DNA of 53,562 bases, filler included, from Streblomastix strix (taxonomy: Eukaryota), in the NCBI GenBank assembly GCA_008636045.1. It is 3 parts of 3 records of this genome, joined end to end, with 100 filler letters (N's around TTAATTAATTAA, not from the genome) between each part and the next. Parts side by side here need not be neighbours in the genome. Positions count along the whole stretch, not along the records: positions 35,777 to 53,562 come from SNRW01000675.1; 2 more parts are not named here. The stretch is one strand, 5' to 3'. Of this stretch, positions 35,777 through 49,325 are shown one piece after another. Under the pieces are notes generated by a model. The model saw only the letters and a list, made by a program, of their open reading frames with translations. It was not told the DNA's origin and did no database searches. Position numbers and translations under genes: made by a program. Every line of letters starts with the position of its first letter. The stretch's first letter is position 1.

Positions 35777-38700
35777 TCCATAAATATAGCATCCATCTTC
35801 TGGTTTATGTTTAACATCTTACCATTTCTTTATATCATCTTTAACTAATGCATCAAATGTAATTCTATCAATTGGAATCTTATATTTTCTAGCAAAGTTC
35901 TAAAGAGTACCAGTTAAGAATGCTTATGGGAAGAATAATCCTGATACCCAATAGATTGGAGGTGATCCTCCTTATATCCATCTATTTAAGAAATCACATC
36001 TCTCTGCTAAATCAGTTACCCATACAGAAAGTGGTTTCAAAGATGGATATGCAGGTTTCTCCCACATTTTAGGAAGTTGATTATTGAATAATGAATTACT
36101 CATATCTTCAAGAGCTGAACTCATAACTACTTTACCAAGTAATGCATTCTACATATCTTCTAATGATGTTTGAATAGTTGATAATAATCGATTATATCGA
36201 ATAATCTCTTATATTAATACTGTATTCATTGATTCTTCATATAATGTTGGGAATTTTATTGCAGCTGCTTCCATATTGAATACACCAGGTACTCTCTTAG
36301 AAATACTAATGCATAATTCTCTAATTACTTCTTCTCTAGATTAACCAGATGCTAATCCTCCTGTACTTGGTTAAAGAGAGAGTAAATTATCAAATAAATC
36401 ATTCGTATCTTTCATTGCACATGTAATATCTGCATTCTCATGAAGCCCAAATACTTCAGGATGTGCATTCAGACTATATGTATTAATATGTGCAATGTAT
36501 GATTTAAGATCTTCAAAATCTTGAGATGTATATGTACCTGAAGGAGAGAATGGATATCCAACTTCAATAACATTTGGATTTATAAATACTTCTAAAATAG
36601 TCATTATTAATCTTCTATCTAAGAAATCTGTAACTCTGCCTCCATAATTGATTTCTCCAAATAAGAAAGAAAGAACTTTATATGGAACTTCTTCTGTTGT
36701 CTCTAAGAATAATCTTAATTATTTAATACAAACATTTAGATCATCAACTGTGAATTCATAATGAATATTCCATCCAAGAGGTCCAAACTTCCTTCTTTCT
36801 TAAATAACACCATGGAAGAATGAAAGTGAAAATAATAACATTCTAATTATTTTAAGATCATGATTTCCAGCTGGAGATAGAACTTATGGATCATAACTTT
36901 CATACGTCCTTAATAAATTAGCTTATAATCCTTTTGGCGGTTCATTTGTCATTTTAATTCCAGATTAAAGGATTGAAACTGGGAATTTCTCAGAAGGTTG
37001 TGATGTTAACCACAATCTGAAATCTCTATGAACTACTTCTGGTTTCCAATTCTCTACAATTCTCTCAAGTTCAGGCATCCAAGATGTATAAAGATCACAA
37101 TTCTAAAGTAAAACCCAGAATCCACTCTCAATTGCTTCATTAATATATTATTCAGCTTTCACTCCTTATCCTTATCCTAAAGATAGTGAGAATAATTTCT
37201 TAGTCATTCTCATTTCTATTGCAAATTAATCTAAATCTTTAACTGGATTAGTTCCTGGTGAGATAATAAATATTAGAGGTCTCAATGAACTACTATCTCG
37301 ATATGATTTGGGTAAGTTGAAGTTTGGAGGTTGTACATATTTCTTACCAAAGTTCTTTTATACATAATCTTATACTCCTTCTGTTATTTTATCTGATCTT
37401 AAACATTTCAATACACATAAATGTTCCATTTAATTTAATTATTATTACCATTTCCCTGGAAGTTCTTCTTCATGTGCAACAGATGAATCAAAGATCTTAC
37501 GCCATAATTAAGGACTTTTAGAAATATCATCATCCAGTCCAGTAAATGCTTTTAAAAGAGATAAAGCTTGAATATCTGTCCAACATTTAGATGTCATCCA
37601 ATCAGCTGCTGGATTCTTCTTTTCTTTCTCAACTGTTGCTCGTCCAATTAAGAATCTATATTCATCTCCATCAATCTTTCCTTCAAATGTAAGGATTCTT
37701 GTAATCATTAAGAATGAGAACATCAATTTATGTCTTGCAAATAGAGAACGACAAACATTCTGATATAAAAGATATGTAAAGTTGTCCATTAAATTATTAA
37801 GACGAGTTGCAAAATCTTGTGTTTATTCTGTTTCTTCAATTGATTATCTATATAAATCCATAAACCATTGTAATGAATATTAATACATAGGATCAATTGT
37901 AGCAAGATCTGCAACACAGAAGAATAATAATGATCCTCGAACAGCCATTGGTTTATATGTATTTCTTGTTTCATCAATCTATTTCTCAGTTTCTTCTGCT
38001 TCTACAACTTTCTCTGCAATTTCTGTACTCATTTTCTTAGATTCAGATAATGTATTAATTAATGTTTCATCATCTAATGGATTCACAGTTTCTGATAATA
38101 ATTTAAGAATTTAATCTTCTAATTCTTTTAATTTAGCTTTCATTTTAGCATTACTTGACATCAATGAGTTCTTTGATTCTTCAAGATCAGGTCTTTCTTA
38201 AACTACAACAGATGCAAGTAATTAATCTTCAAGTCCTGTTTATGTTACTGTGAAATTAAGTAATGTTACTTTCACACTAGTTTCTGGTGCATATTTTGGA
38301 TTTGGTAACTTTGAAGTCATATATAATTTGAATGAATTGTTATATGGAAGAAGAGTATCACCTAATCTCATAACTTCTTATCCTCTATTAAAGAACGTTA
38401 ATCTTGATAATACAGGTTCAAGAGCTGGATCAAGTTCTTCTCCAACGCTCTCTATTAAAACAGATCTACCAAATCTAATCGCTGTTTCTAATGTTCTTAA
38501 GAAATTATCTTCTGTTAATTTAACAACATCTAAATTCTTTCCTTCTTTCTTTCGAATCCATTTATTAGCTTATCCTTATGGATCAATCATTAAAGGCCAT
38601 CTTCTTGCATTTTGCATAATTAATCCATTCTCAATTGAAAGATTATCTGAAGGAAGTCCATCTAAATTCCATTATCTAACTCCAACTTAATCATTTAGTG

Positions 38701-41700
38701 TTATCATTATTTATGCATTTGAACTAAATGGGAAATGTAATTCTTCTAATTTATCTTTCCATGATTTGATTAATTATTGTCTAAATTGAGATGTGAAAGG
38801 TCCTAAATAACAAATAGTTCCAGATGAAATTAGAACATCTCCAATAACATTTCTTTCAAATACTTCAATATCTTTCATCTCCTTCATCCATCGAGTACAT
38901 TCTCCACCAAGACCTCCTGTTAATCTAAATGCTCGATCTCTCTATGTTACACAATTCTATACTTATGTTTATAGACTTTCTTTCTTATCAACTGCTCCTT
39001 AGAATTTAAGCTCTAATTATTTAATGTTCTCTTCAAGTTCTCGAAGCGAATCTTGTTTCTCTTTGAGTGTTTTCAATACAATAGCAAGTTCTTTTTCTGC
39101 TTTAGCAACAAGAAGTTACTTCGGTTTAACATCAAGATATGTAAAATGGAAATTATAAAGTGCTCTAATCCAAATACATATCGACATGCAAGCTTTGCTT
39201 CCTTTAGCTACTTTATCTGGAACAAATTCTTCATTTTGAATATATGGTTCAATCTTGGATATTAATTTATCATCAAGATGTTCTTTATCATAATTAAGCA
39301 TAGAATCCATTAATTCTCTGGGTTTACTAACTAATTATCTTGCTGGTCCCATATAATCATCTTTCTTTTAATTAGGATGATCTGGATCTTAAATTCTTTC
39401 TGGAGATCTTCCCATAATTACACAAAGAGCTGCAAGTACAAGTTATACTCCCTTTCCAGGTGCTTTATATCCTGCTACTTCTGATATATCAGCTGGATTC
39501 AATTTCTCAAGTGCTTTTTCTGCATTACGAAGAATTGGAAGTGCTTTTTCTAGTAATGCAGTAGCTTCATCTTTCATCTTCTAACATGTTGCTGCTTATT
39601 CTTAAACATCTTCTTCTTCTTTCTTTACAGTAGTTCTTTGTTCTGATGCTGATTCTTAATCACGTTATATCTTTTGCATCATTTCATCAACTTCTATTGT
39701 CATCTTCTCAAGTTATGGTTATACTTCTTTTAATCGTGCATCATTTCTTGCTACTTCTTCTTATGCTTTATTAATCTTTTCTACTCCTTATGATAATCGA
39801 TTCTTTAATGTTTTTAATTCTTCTCGTTTCTTTTTCAATACATTTCTTAATGTTTATAACAATTCTAAATAGCTTAAAGGTGTAACATAATTATATCTTC
39901 GAAGTTCTTTCAAATATTTATCATTAGCACGTTCAACACTCTAATGAATAGATACACACATCTCAATAACAGCTTCTGTGAAATCTTCTGATGCTCCTTC
40001 TTCTTCTTATTTAACTTCAAAATCTACATCTTCCATCTTAACACGAGCAACAGCACGAAGTGCTTCATCTGGCCATGGATCAAACCAATCAATTGTACAA
40101 CATGTAACAAGAGCTGGAAACATTCTAAGTCGATTTCTAAATGCATCTCCAAATGGTGACATGCAAAGTACAATATGAATATTCTCTCTTACTCTTTTAA
40201 CATAATGTGCAAATAGATTAATCTTAGTTGGTACAATTCCTAATGATTAAACAATCGGTTTCATTGTTGCATGAATTAAATCGGTTTCTTATAAATCATA
40301 TACATTTGGAACATCTCCAGAATTAAGCATATTATTAATATCTTCTAAGAATGATTCCATTACAAGTTGAGTATCACTGAATAAGAAAACCATCGGTTCT
40401 GCTTCAAGTCCGGCTTCTTTCATAATATCTTTAAGATTCTTATGCCATTCCATTTTATTATATCCTTTCTTAATTTCAATACTTTTCAATTTATATTCAG
40501 CAATATGAGCTGCCAATCTTGTTAGAGATTATCTTCCAGATCCTCCAACACCAAGAAGTAATGCATTTCCATATGGTTGTCTAATAACCCTCGATATTCT
40601 TGATAGATGTTGAATAGCATTATTGAACATCACAAGTTCCAATTATCCTCCTTTTTATGCATCTCGATAATCTTCTAATGCTTCATCAAGTACTTTTTTA
40701 AGTTTTTCTAAATCCGTTATTTGTGTATATGGTTTGACATCTGCAGAAGAAGATGAAAGATAATCTCCATACATTAGTTAATCACTCGCACCAATTCCTT
40801 CCCACGTAACTTCAAAATGTTTCTTTAATTAATTTCGAATCAATTCTTAGAACCATTCACGATCTTTAACTTCTTTTGTTGATGTAACTAATCTATCTGC
40901 AAATACTCGAGATGTTTCATGAACCCAAAGTTTTAGTATTTATGCTGGTTCTTATAATGATTTAACATCTCCTGCTAAAATTCCTTAAAATACTTTACTT
41001 AAATCTCTTAAATTAAATGTGTAATGACTTTTTGTTGGAGTTGGAAGAAGTTCTTTTGCAATTGTATGATATACATCAAGTGTTGCAGATACAATACTCG
41101 GCTTCAATTTTTAGATTACATCTGGGAATTGCATTAAAAATGATTATAAAATGGCTGAGAATATTGTTCTTTCACTGTCTTCGGATAAATCAGTGAAATA
41201 AATATGATTAAAATGTCTTAATAATCGGTTAGTTACTGGATTTCTACCTCCTCCTGGAGGTCCCATCGCTGAAGCAATTTGAACATCTTCTATTTTAAAG
41301 AATGGAATTGTAGTTGAATCTTTCTTTACATACCAACCTCCATGATCTATAAATTGTCTAAGTAGTTCAATTGGAGGTTGTGCTCCATATATTTCTAATT
41401 TAGGCATATTCAGATCATCAACAAATATAACATAATATGATCCTGGAGGAGATCCAACAATTCCTGTTCTTCTACGTTCCATCTTATCATCAAGAGATCT
41501 TTATGTTGCAGGTGCTGATGTTTAAGCTGAGAATGTTAATGGAATTGGAATATATTCTTATGAAATCCTCTTATACAAATATTATTCAAGTGTCACAGTT
41601 TTACCAGTTCCTGTTGATCCGATGCATAATACATGTTTATGTTATTTTACAAGAAGATTAATGATATACATATTTCTTACACTATCTACTGTTGGAACAA

Positions 41701-44700
41701 TCATTTCTGTAAATGCCATTCTAGGTTTAACTATATATTCTGGAGTAGTATCAATCCATGGAATCCACAATTTCTATTTGTTATCATAAACATATTCATA
41801 AAGTGTATTTATAACTGGAATTAATTTCAATCCTTCTTATGTTCCTTTCTTTGGTGATGTCCATTCTTTCTTTTCTTATTAGATTTATCCTGAAAGTAGT
41901 TTAGGATGATGTGTTTATATCATTCCCATTAAATATTCATTAAATGATAATCTTCCTTCAATATTAGTAGTTGATCCAATTGACCATAATAATGAGAATA
42001 TAAACATATGTTCAAGACTTTCTCCCATTTCTTCTAATTTCTCTTTTGATGGTTTTGTTTCTCCAAGTGCTGAATTAGCTTTATATTCATCAAACATAGT
42101 TTCTAATAAGTTAAATAATGACATGCACATATTAGCATCTACTGTTGGAACTGCTTCAAAGCAATTCTTTCTGATAAACGTTAAGCATGGACTTAAATAT
42201 GTATCAAATAATTCTTAAAGTTTCTTTATATGAACTTTGAAATTCTCTTTTTAACTTTAAAGCCATGAATATACTCTAGCTTCATGTGATACAGTAGTTG
42301 ATGGTTCAAGATATACCATTCCACATCTAGATACAGTAGCTGGAGATGCAACACGAAGATCTTCAACTTCAAATATCATATTCATATAAGGTGTTAATGG
42401 GATAACTTCTCCAGATGCTAAACAAAGTTTCTTTGAATCATCAAGTACAGTATTCATATCTTCAATCCAAACTGCATCAACTGGTCCATCACATATAACC
42501 CAATGTTTTTATGTACTTTCATCTCGAACACATTCTCTCATTATTAATGTAAGAACTCCATTCTTCCAATCATTTGTTGCTGCATCATATGTTCCATATA
42601 AATCACCATAAGGAATTGATTTCGGATTTAATTTATGGATAAAAACTGTTTCATATCCTTCAACATCTTTCTTCTTTAAAGATGTCATTGCTTCTGAAAG
42701 AACTCTAAGAGCTTAAGATTTTCCTCCTCCTGTTGGTCCAACAAGCATAAGTCCATGTCTCAAGATCGCTGTTTCATAAACTTGAAGACATTTAGTAATA
42801 AATTATTCTCTTGCTTGAAGTCCTCTCGCATTAGCTATTTCTATCAAAGCTTTCTCTAATGCTCCATAATCTACAACCATTGGTTATACTCCAGGAAATA
42901 GATCTGATACAATACCTTTAAATAGAGGAATATCATCTGCTAGGAATTTAGGTATATTTGTGTCTCTTAAAGCTCTAAGAAGTAATAATTCTTCAGATTC
43001 ATCAGGAAAATCATGTTTTAGGTTTCCAGCTGCTGAAATAACAGTATTAACAGCTCTCATTCCAAAATCATAATGATCTTGAGATGATAATTATTCTGAA
43101 GACAGTTTAAATGTTGCAACCATCTTTTTGGATAATGCATATCCTTCTTTAAATCCAAATGAGAATAATCGAATTTCTGCAATTAATGCATAATCTGGAA
43201 TCATAACAGCAACTGGACGAAATAGAGCTTTAAGATTATCTGGAAGTTCAGTTCTACCTGCATAACCTGGATTCATTGTTATGAAAATTGCACATGTAGG
43301 AATCAAACTGATTTCATCATCTTCAAATCTAAATTATTCTAATCCATCCATAACTGCATTTTGAATAGTAGCGATTTATTATGCAATAACTGAAAGAACT
43401 TCAATATCAATTCGATTAAATTCATCAAAACAAGACCATGCTCCTGTCATAGCTAATCCTTTGAAGAACTTTCCCATCGCATTAACTTTCAATGATTCTG
43501 AACAATTGAATACAACACATTTCACAGCAACTGCTTTTGCAAGATCTTTTGTTGTTTCAGTCTTTCCAGTTCCAGCTGGTCCTGCAGGTGCTCCTCCAAG
43601 ATGTAAATTAATAGCTCCCATTAATGTCATATATAATTTATCTGTTAGTGGTGTAATAACAAGACGAGATGAATTTCCTAAATATTCATATTAATACATA
43701 AAATCTGTTTGCATCATCTTTACATGAACATCTTCATCTTCCCATGTATATCTGAACTGTGAAATCCAATCAAAATCTCCAACTGATTACACTTTGTTTT
43801 ATACAAGTCTTGTTGTAACATCTCTTGCATGTACATCGATAGTAATCAATGCACCAAGTGTAATCCTTTATAATTCCGTTAAATTTCCTCTTACAAGTTC
43901 TGTTAAATCATTTAATTAATCTTTTAATTTCTGGAGTTCAACAGCAACTGCTTCATATCCACCATTGTTTATAGCTTCTTCTGTTTACTATGTCCAATAG
44001 ATTTATCCTACTGCTATGATAACTTATCCTGGCCATCGAAGTGTCCATTACTTTCTTTATCTTTATTAATAATCTTCTAATGATTTTACTATTTAATCTC
44101 GAATTGCTGTAAACATACAAGTTTCTAATTCTTTTAGCCATTATTCTACATTCCCTTCTGGATAAATACCTTCAACAAATTCTATTTTCTCTTTTTCTTT
44201 ACTAACCATAGCTGTGATTTCCATATCTGGTTGAAATACAACTGATTTCATAGCTTCAAAGCAAGTTCCTAAATAAGGTTATACTCGAGTTGGATCTTTC
44301 GTTTATGATAAAATATCCAACAATTCATCAGATGATAAGAAATAGAAACGAGGAAATGCTTTTCTTTTCGTTTCAAGATAAGATTCCAATCCATTTGCAA
44401 CTGATTCTAATACTGAGAACATTTCTTGGAAAGTAGTCAATAAGTTCTCAGGTGCACAGAATTCAAGTACAGAAGGTTTTGCATGTGCTTGATTCATTAA
44501 TCTTCTCCAAGTTCGATCAACACCTTAAAATCTTTTATGTTCAACAGGTAATTATCTTTGAATATCTTCTGATGAGAAGATTGGTTCTAAATAAATCCAT
44601 CTCTTTTAGCATTTCAACCATTCTTCTACAACTAATGATACACGTTAAAGAAGTTATAACCATTTATCAATTGCATCTTTATGTGGTTCTTTAAATGGTG

Positions 44701-46653
44701 AGAATGACATTGCTTATGTTCTTAGAAGATGCATATCAAGTTTTTCTTATATCTCCGTAGCTCCAAACATAATAAATGTTTTTGTTGCTTTATAATCTTT
44801 AATATCAAATTATACATTTTCCCATTCTTTATTCATTTCCATTAATGCTTCTTCAAGTGAATATTCTTTAGCTGCTACATCACAAATCTTCATAATTGCA
44901 TCTTTATGATCAGATAAATCTTAATTAAGTACATCTTAAAGAGTTGTTCCTTTCTTTGGTTTAATATCTTATCCACATTCAGTTTCAAGTTATTTCCAAT
45001 GTCGATCTTTCATTCCTGGATTTCGAAGTGCAACAACCATTGGCATTCTTGGTGCAAGTTCATCCATTTGAACTTTACATAATTATGCAACACTTAATGG
45101 TTCTGCTGTTTCTCTAAAGATCTTTTAACATCGAGACATTGATGAAATAGCTTTTGTTAATTATTAATCCATTGTAACTGCATCTATCGTATTGAATTCC
45201 GCTTCTTTCCATTCTACTCTCCAATGTGACCAATTATTAGCTGTTGTCCATAATAAATAATATCCATCAAATCTTTTGGATGTTGATTATAATTCTGGAT
45301 ATTCTGTAATTTCATGTCCAAGTAATCCTTCATGTGTATTATATTCTTTTAATCTCTTCTTCAAATCATCTATTGTCATGTTAATTTTTGATACTTCTGT
45401 AAATGCATCATTAACTTTAGAAAAATCATTGTATTTGTTTAGTCGAGATACAAGAATTGTGATATCATTCAGTTGGCGAGAAAACTTTTCAAGATTTGTA
45501 GAAAGTTATTCTTCAAAAATCTTCTAATATCGTTCAAGATTATTTTATGTTTCATCGCATTCTCCTAATATAGTTTTTCCCCATCCATAACATGACCAAT
45601 GTCTTTTAAAATCTTCATCTCCAAATGTATGATCAAATTATTCTAATGTTTCATATGCTACTTTCATTGCATCTAAATCAGGTTAAAGTTCATTTAATTC
45701 TTTTGGAATAGTTGCAAGATATTCTCTCTTTTCTACAAGTTCTTCGGGTGAATGTGGTCGATCTGTTAATATTTATAATACATTTTAAAACTTCTCAATC
45801 ATTGAATTCGCTAATTTCATCACTTTTCGTCCAAGTTTATTAATCATCGCTCGCGCAATATCATTGTATTTCTTTATTAATACTTATTTAATCTTAATAC
45901 AATTTACTAAGAATAATCCAATAGCCATTTCATTTGGAATTTATATTTCAACAGCTTTTGCTTTTGATTAGTAATCTTTAATCATATCTGATATCTCATT
46001 TGGTGGTCTATCATCTGAACAAACTTCTTCTGCATATTTTTCTGCATTAATTGATAATATATCATTTAATTAAAGGAATGTATCTATATATGCTTAAAGA
46101 GGTTCAATAGCTCTATCAAGTGTATCTTTTAGACGTTCATATCTTTATTTTGCAAATTCATCATCAGGATCAAGTACAACAAGATAAATATTAGTAGGAA
46201 GTTATTTTCTTCTCTCTTTAGCACTCTTTTCTTTAGGTCCATTTCCACTTTATCCACTTTATTTATCTTTTCCACTTTATTATCCTCCTTATCCTTCTTA
46301 TTCTTCATTTACTCCATTCTTATTCTCTCCTCCAATTCCACTAGTATTATTTCCTACTGCTCCACTTCCTCCAATTGATGCTGCTGCTTATACTGATGAA
46401 AGAACATTTGCAACTGCTTTATCAACTGATGTATCTAATTTAACTTTAAATAATCTTGGCATTAATTATGTTTCAAGATGAAGAAACTCTTGACATGCTT
46501 CAAGTGCTGTATCAAATAATGTTAATGGTACTTGAAGGAATTTATCAAGAGGAATATGTGGATGAACTCCTTCTGCTGCTGTCCATTCAATATCAACTGA
46601 TAAAAGTGGAATTGGAGGAGGAGGGAGTTTTCTATATGATTTATGTATTCCCA

Positions 46654-46696
<43 letters not shown>

Positions 46697-49325
46697 TCCT
46701 TATTGAATAAGTTCATCATCTTTTTATTTCTATTCTAACATCTTTAATGCTTCACTTCTTTTAATTTTAGGTTTCTTAAATACAACTCTTACATCATTCA
46801 TTCCTCCAACTTCAACTCCAATTGGTGTCATCCTTTCAAAGAATGAAACATAATCTTCAACTGAATCTTACATCATCGCTCTAAGCGCATCTTACATCAT
46901 AAATGTTACTGTATTAAAGAATTTCTTAAGTTTACTTACTTCATATACATCTTAATTATCTTCTTATAAATTAAACCATCCTTTACCAACTGATTGTAAT
47001 GCATTAGTTACTCCTTATTTCAATGATGCCATCCATTTCTCATTTAAGAATGTTACAAGTGCTGCACATGTTTATCCTTACATAGCAAGAAGATCTTCCA
47101 TTCGAACTGTCTTCTTTTAAAGTACTCTTGTGCAAAATAAACTCAATCCCATAATTCTATTACATTCAGCACGAACATGATAAAGTGCAACAACTACTTA
47201 TGGTTTTGTAAAGAATGAATTCTTAATCAATTCTTCTCTTGCATCTCCCATATTATGAGGAGGAGTCCAAATCGTTCCTTATTCAGGTGCTTCATCTCTT
47301 TCTTCTAATGGAGGTAATTCAACTCCTTCAAACATATATGCTTTTGTATCATCTCTTCTCATTTAATCAAATATTAATTTATTCATTGCTCTACAATGCA
47401 TCTATGTAACTTCACGTAAGAAAGGAGTTCTATCCATCTTTGCTAATTTTAATCTTCTTTCAATTGGTCTTTCTATTTCTTCATCTTCATCATCAATTCC
47501 TTCTCCATCTCCACTTCCTCCAATCATTCCACTTATTCCATTCATTACTCCACTTATTCCTTAATTATCTAATTTACTTGTTTCTCCAACTTATCCAACT
47601 ACTCCTTATCCTGATCCTCCTGTTACATCTTATGCTTTATGTAATGGTGATGTATTTGCTAATGTTGCTAATTCCATTATACGTTCAAGTTATTTCTATG
47701 ATGGAAGTTCAATATCTTCAGTTGGCATCGATTGTTGGAATAAATCAAGTTTCATTTATTATTCTGCTTCTGTTCTTCTTTGATGTGCCCATAATACACG
47801 TTATGCAAATTATTCTGGATCTTCTGCTATAAACATAACATGAATTCTAGGTAATATACTTCTTGTATGATCTCCCCATTATACTTCAAATAATTATGTT
47901 ATATATTTAATTGGTGCATGAGTTGGAAGTTAAGTTTTCTTTGATCCATTATCTCCATCTACACTAATAGTTCCACTTCCTTATCTATCTCCTTCTATTT
48001 AATTATCTTCTTCTTCTTCTTCTAATCTTAATTCTTCATCTATTCCATTCCCTTTCTTTAATACTGATGGATCTCTAACTCTTTTAAGTCCAACTACTTC
48101 ACATGGTTCCCAATGAGCTGTTCCATCTTCATTAAAACGAGCTGCACGAGCTGGTACTGGAATTGGTGCTTCTACATAAGGTGCAAAATGCATCTCTGGG
48201 GTATCATTATCTTCAAGTAATGCAACATATGCTTTTCCTTCATTTAATTATTCTTCTTCTTATTATTATATATCTTCATCTTCTTACCATTCTCCCATTG
48301 CACGACGACTAAATCCATCATCTTCTTCTCCAAGTGCATCCATTACTTCTTCTGATTCAGTTTCTGATAATTCTTCATCTCCAATTGCATCTTCTTCATC
48401 ATCTTCATTAACTCGACGATTCAAATGTCGATTTTTTCTTCTTCTTTCTAATCGTTTCTTATCTTTATGTATCTTCATCTTCTAATCCATATCAATATCA
48501 TCTCGACGTGCAGCTTCACTCATCTCTACAAGAATAGGTTTCTTACCCAAATTTATCCAATCAATTGGCAATCTCTCATCAAAATCATCACTATCATACT
48601 ATTCAAGTTTGAGGAAACTACTAATCTTGTTTTTATCTGGTGGAACAGAATAGTCAATCCCAAGATCTCGAAGCATTTCTTCAATATCCATTCCTGCAAT
48701 CTTCCGCTTTTTCCGTTCAACAATGATTCTTCGAGGCATATTCCCTTCTGCTGGTTCATACTCCGCATAAACTTTAGGATCAAGAACAGTATGAGGATAA
48801 ATCAGTTCTATCTCTTCAGCAAGCGGAAGTCGACTTCGCTCTCCTTTCTCCATCAGCGATGATGCTGGCTCGGCTATAACTTCGGGAGTAGTTTCTACAA
48901 CTGATGAGATGGGCAGTCCTGTTTGTTGCGGTCCATCAACAAAGTGAATTTTTTGTCTTTGCATGTCATACTGAGACCGACCACTGAGTTCAATTGGCTA
49001 AAGTCCTGCTGCAACAAAGTCGGAATAGAACCCCTTTTGTTGGGCCGGTCCAGGTGCATTCGCGGACAGGTTTGATGTCTAAAAAACACAGTAAACCAAA
49101 ATTGGATGCATAAAACATAAAAAGGTTATATTGATGACATTAATGTATATATTATTCATGAAGAAATCATACAACTGATTGCAGCGCAGCCTTCCCTAGC
49201 GACGGAAAGCCGACATATTCAATTCTGCCTTTTCTCTTCTGCTCTTCAATCTGTCAGAGTCACATATTATATAGAAAATGGATAATAATGCATGCATAAA
49301 TATAAATATAAATTTCGCGTACCAT
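35777..49325 (-). CDS. DNAH1: Axonemal inner-arm dynein heavy chain, DNAH1-like; 3'-truncated
   Basis: P-loops [55 protein letters not shown]-terminal [11 protein letters not shown]...DIEEML resembling DNAH1. All dynein ORF-track pieces from 36604 to 48964 lie in one frame. Putative introns 49322-49251 and 49172-49079. Confidence 0.93.
46655..46693 (-). repeat. (TAA)13 microsatellite encoding poly-Gln inside dynein
   Basis: 13 TTA units on the plus strand, in register with the dynein frame. Confidence 0.9.

Noticed and set aside
46456..47832. ORF-track hydrophobic, poly-Ile and poly-Asn ORFs
   Set aside because: Antisense or off-frame shadows of dynein low-complexity tracts.
35777..49078. 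Dynein as a stop-riddled pseudogene or cluster of small genes
   Set aside because: All fragments share one frame and break at TAA/TAG, which is explained by the genetic code.
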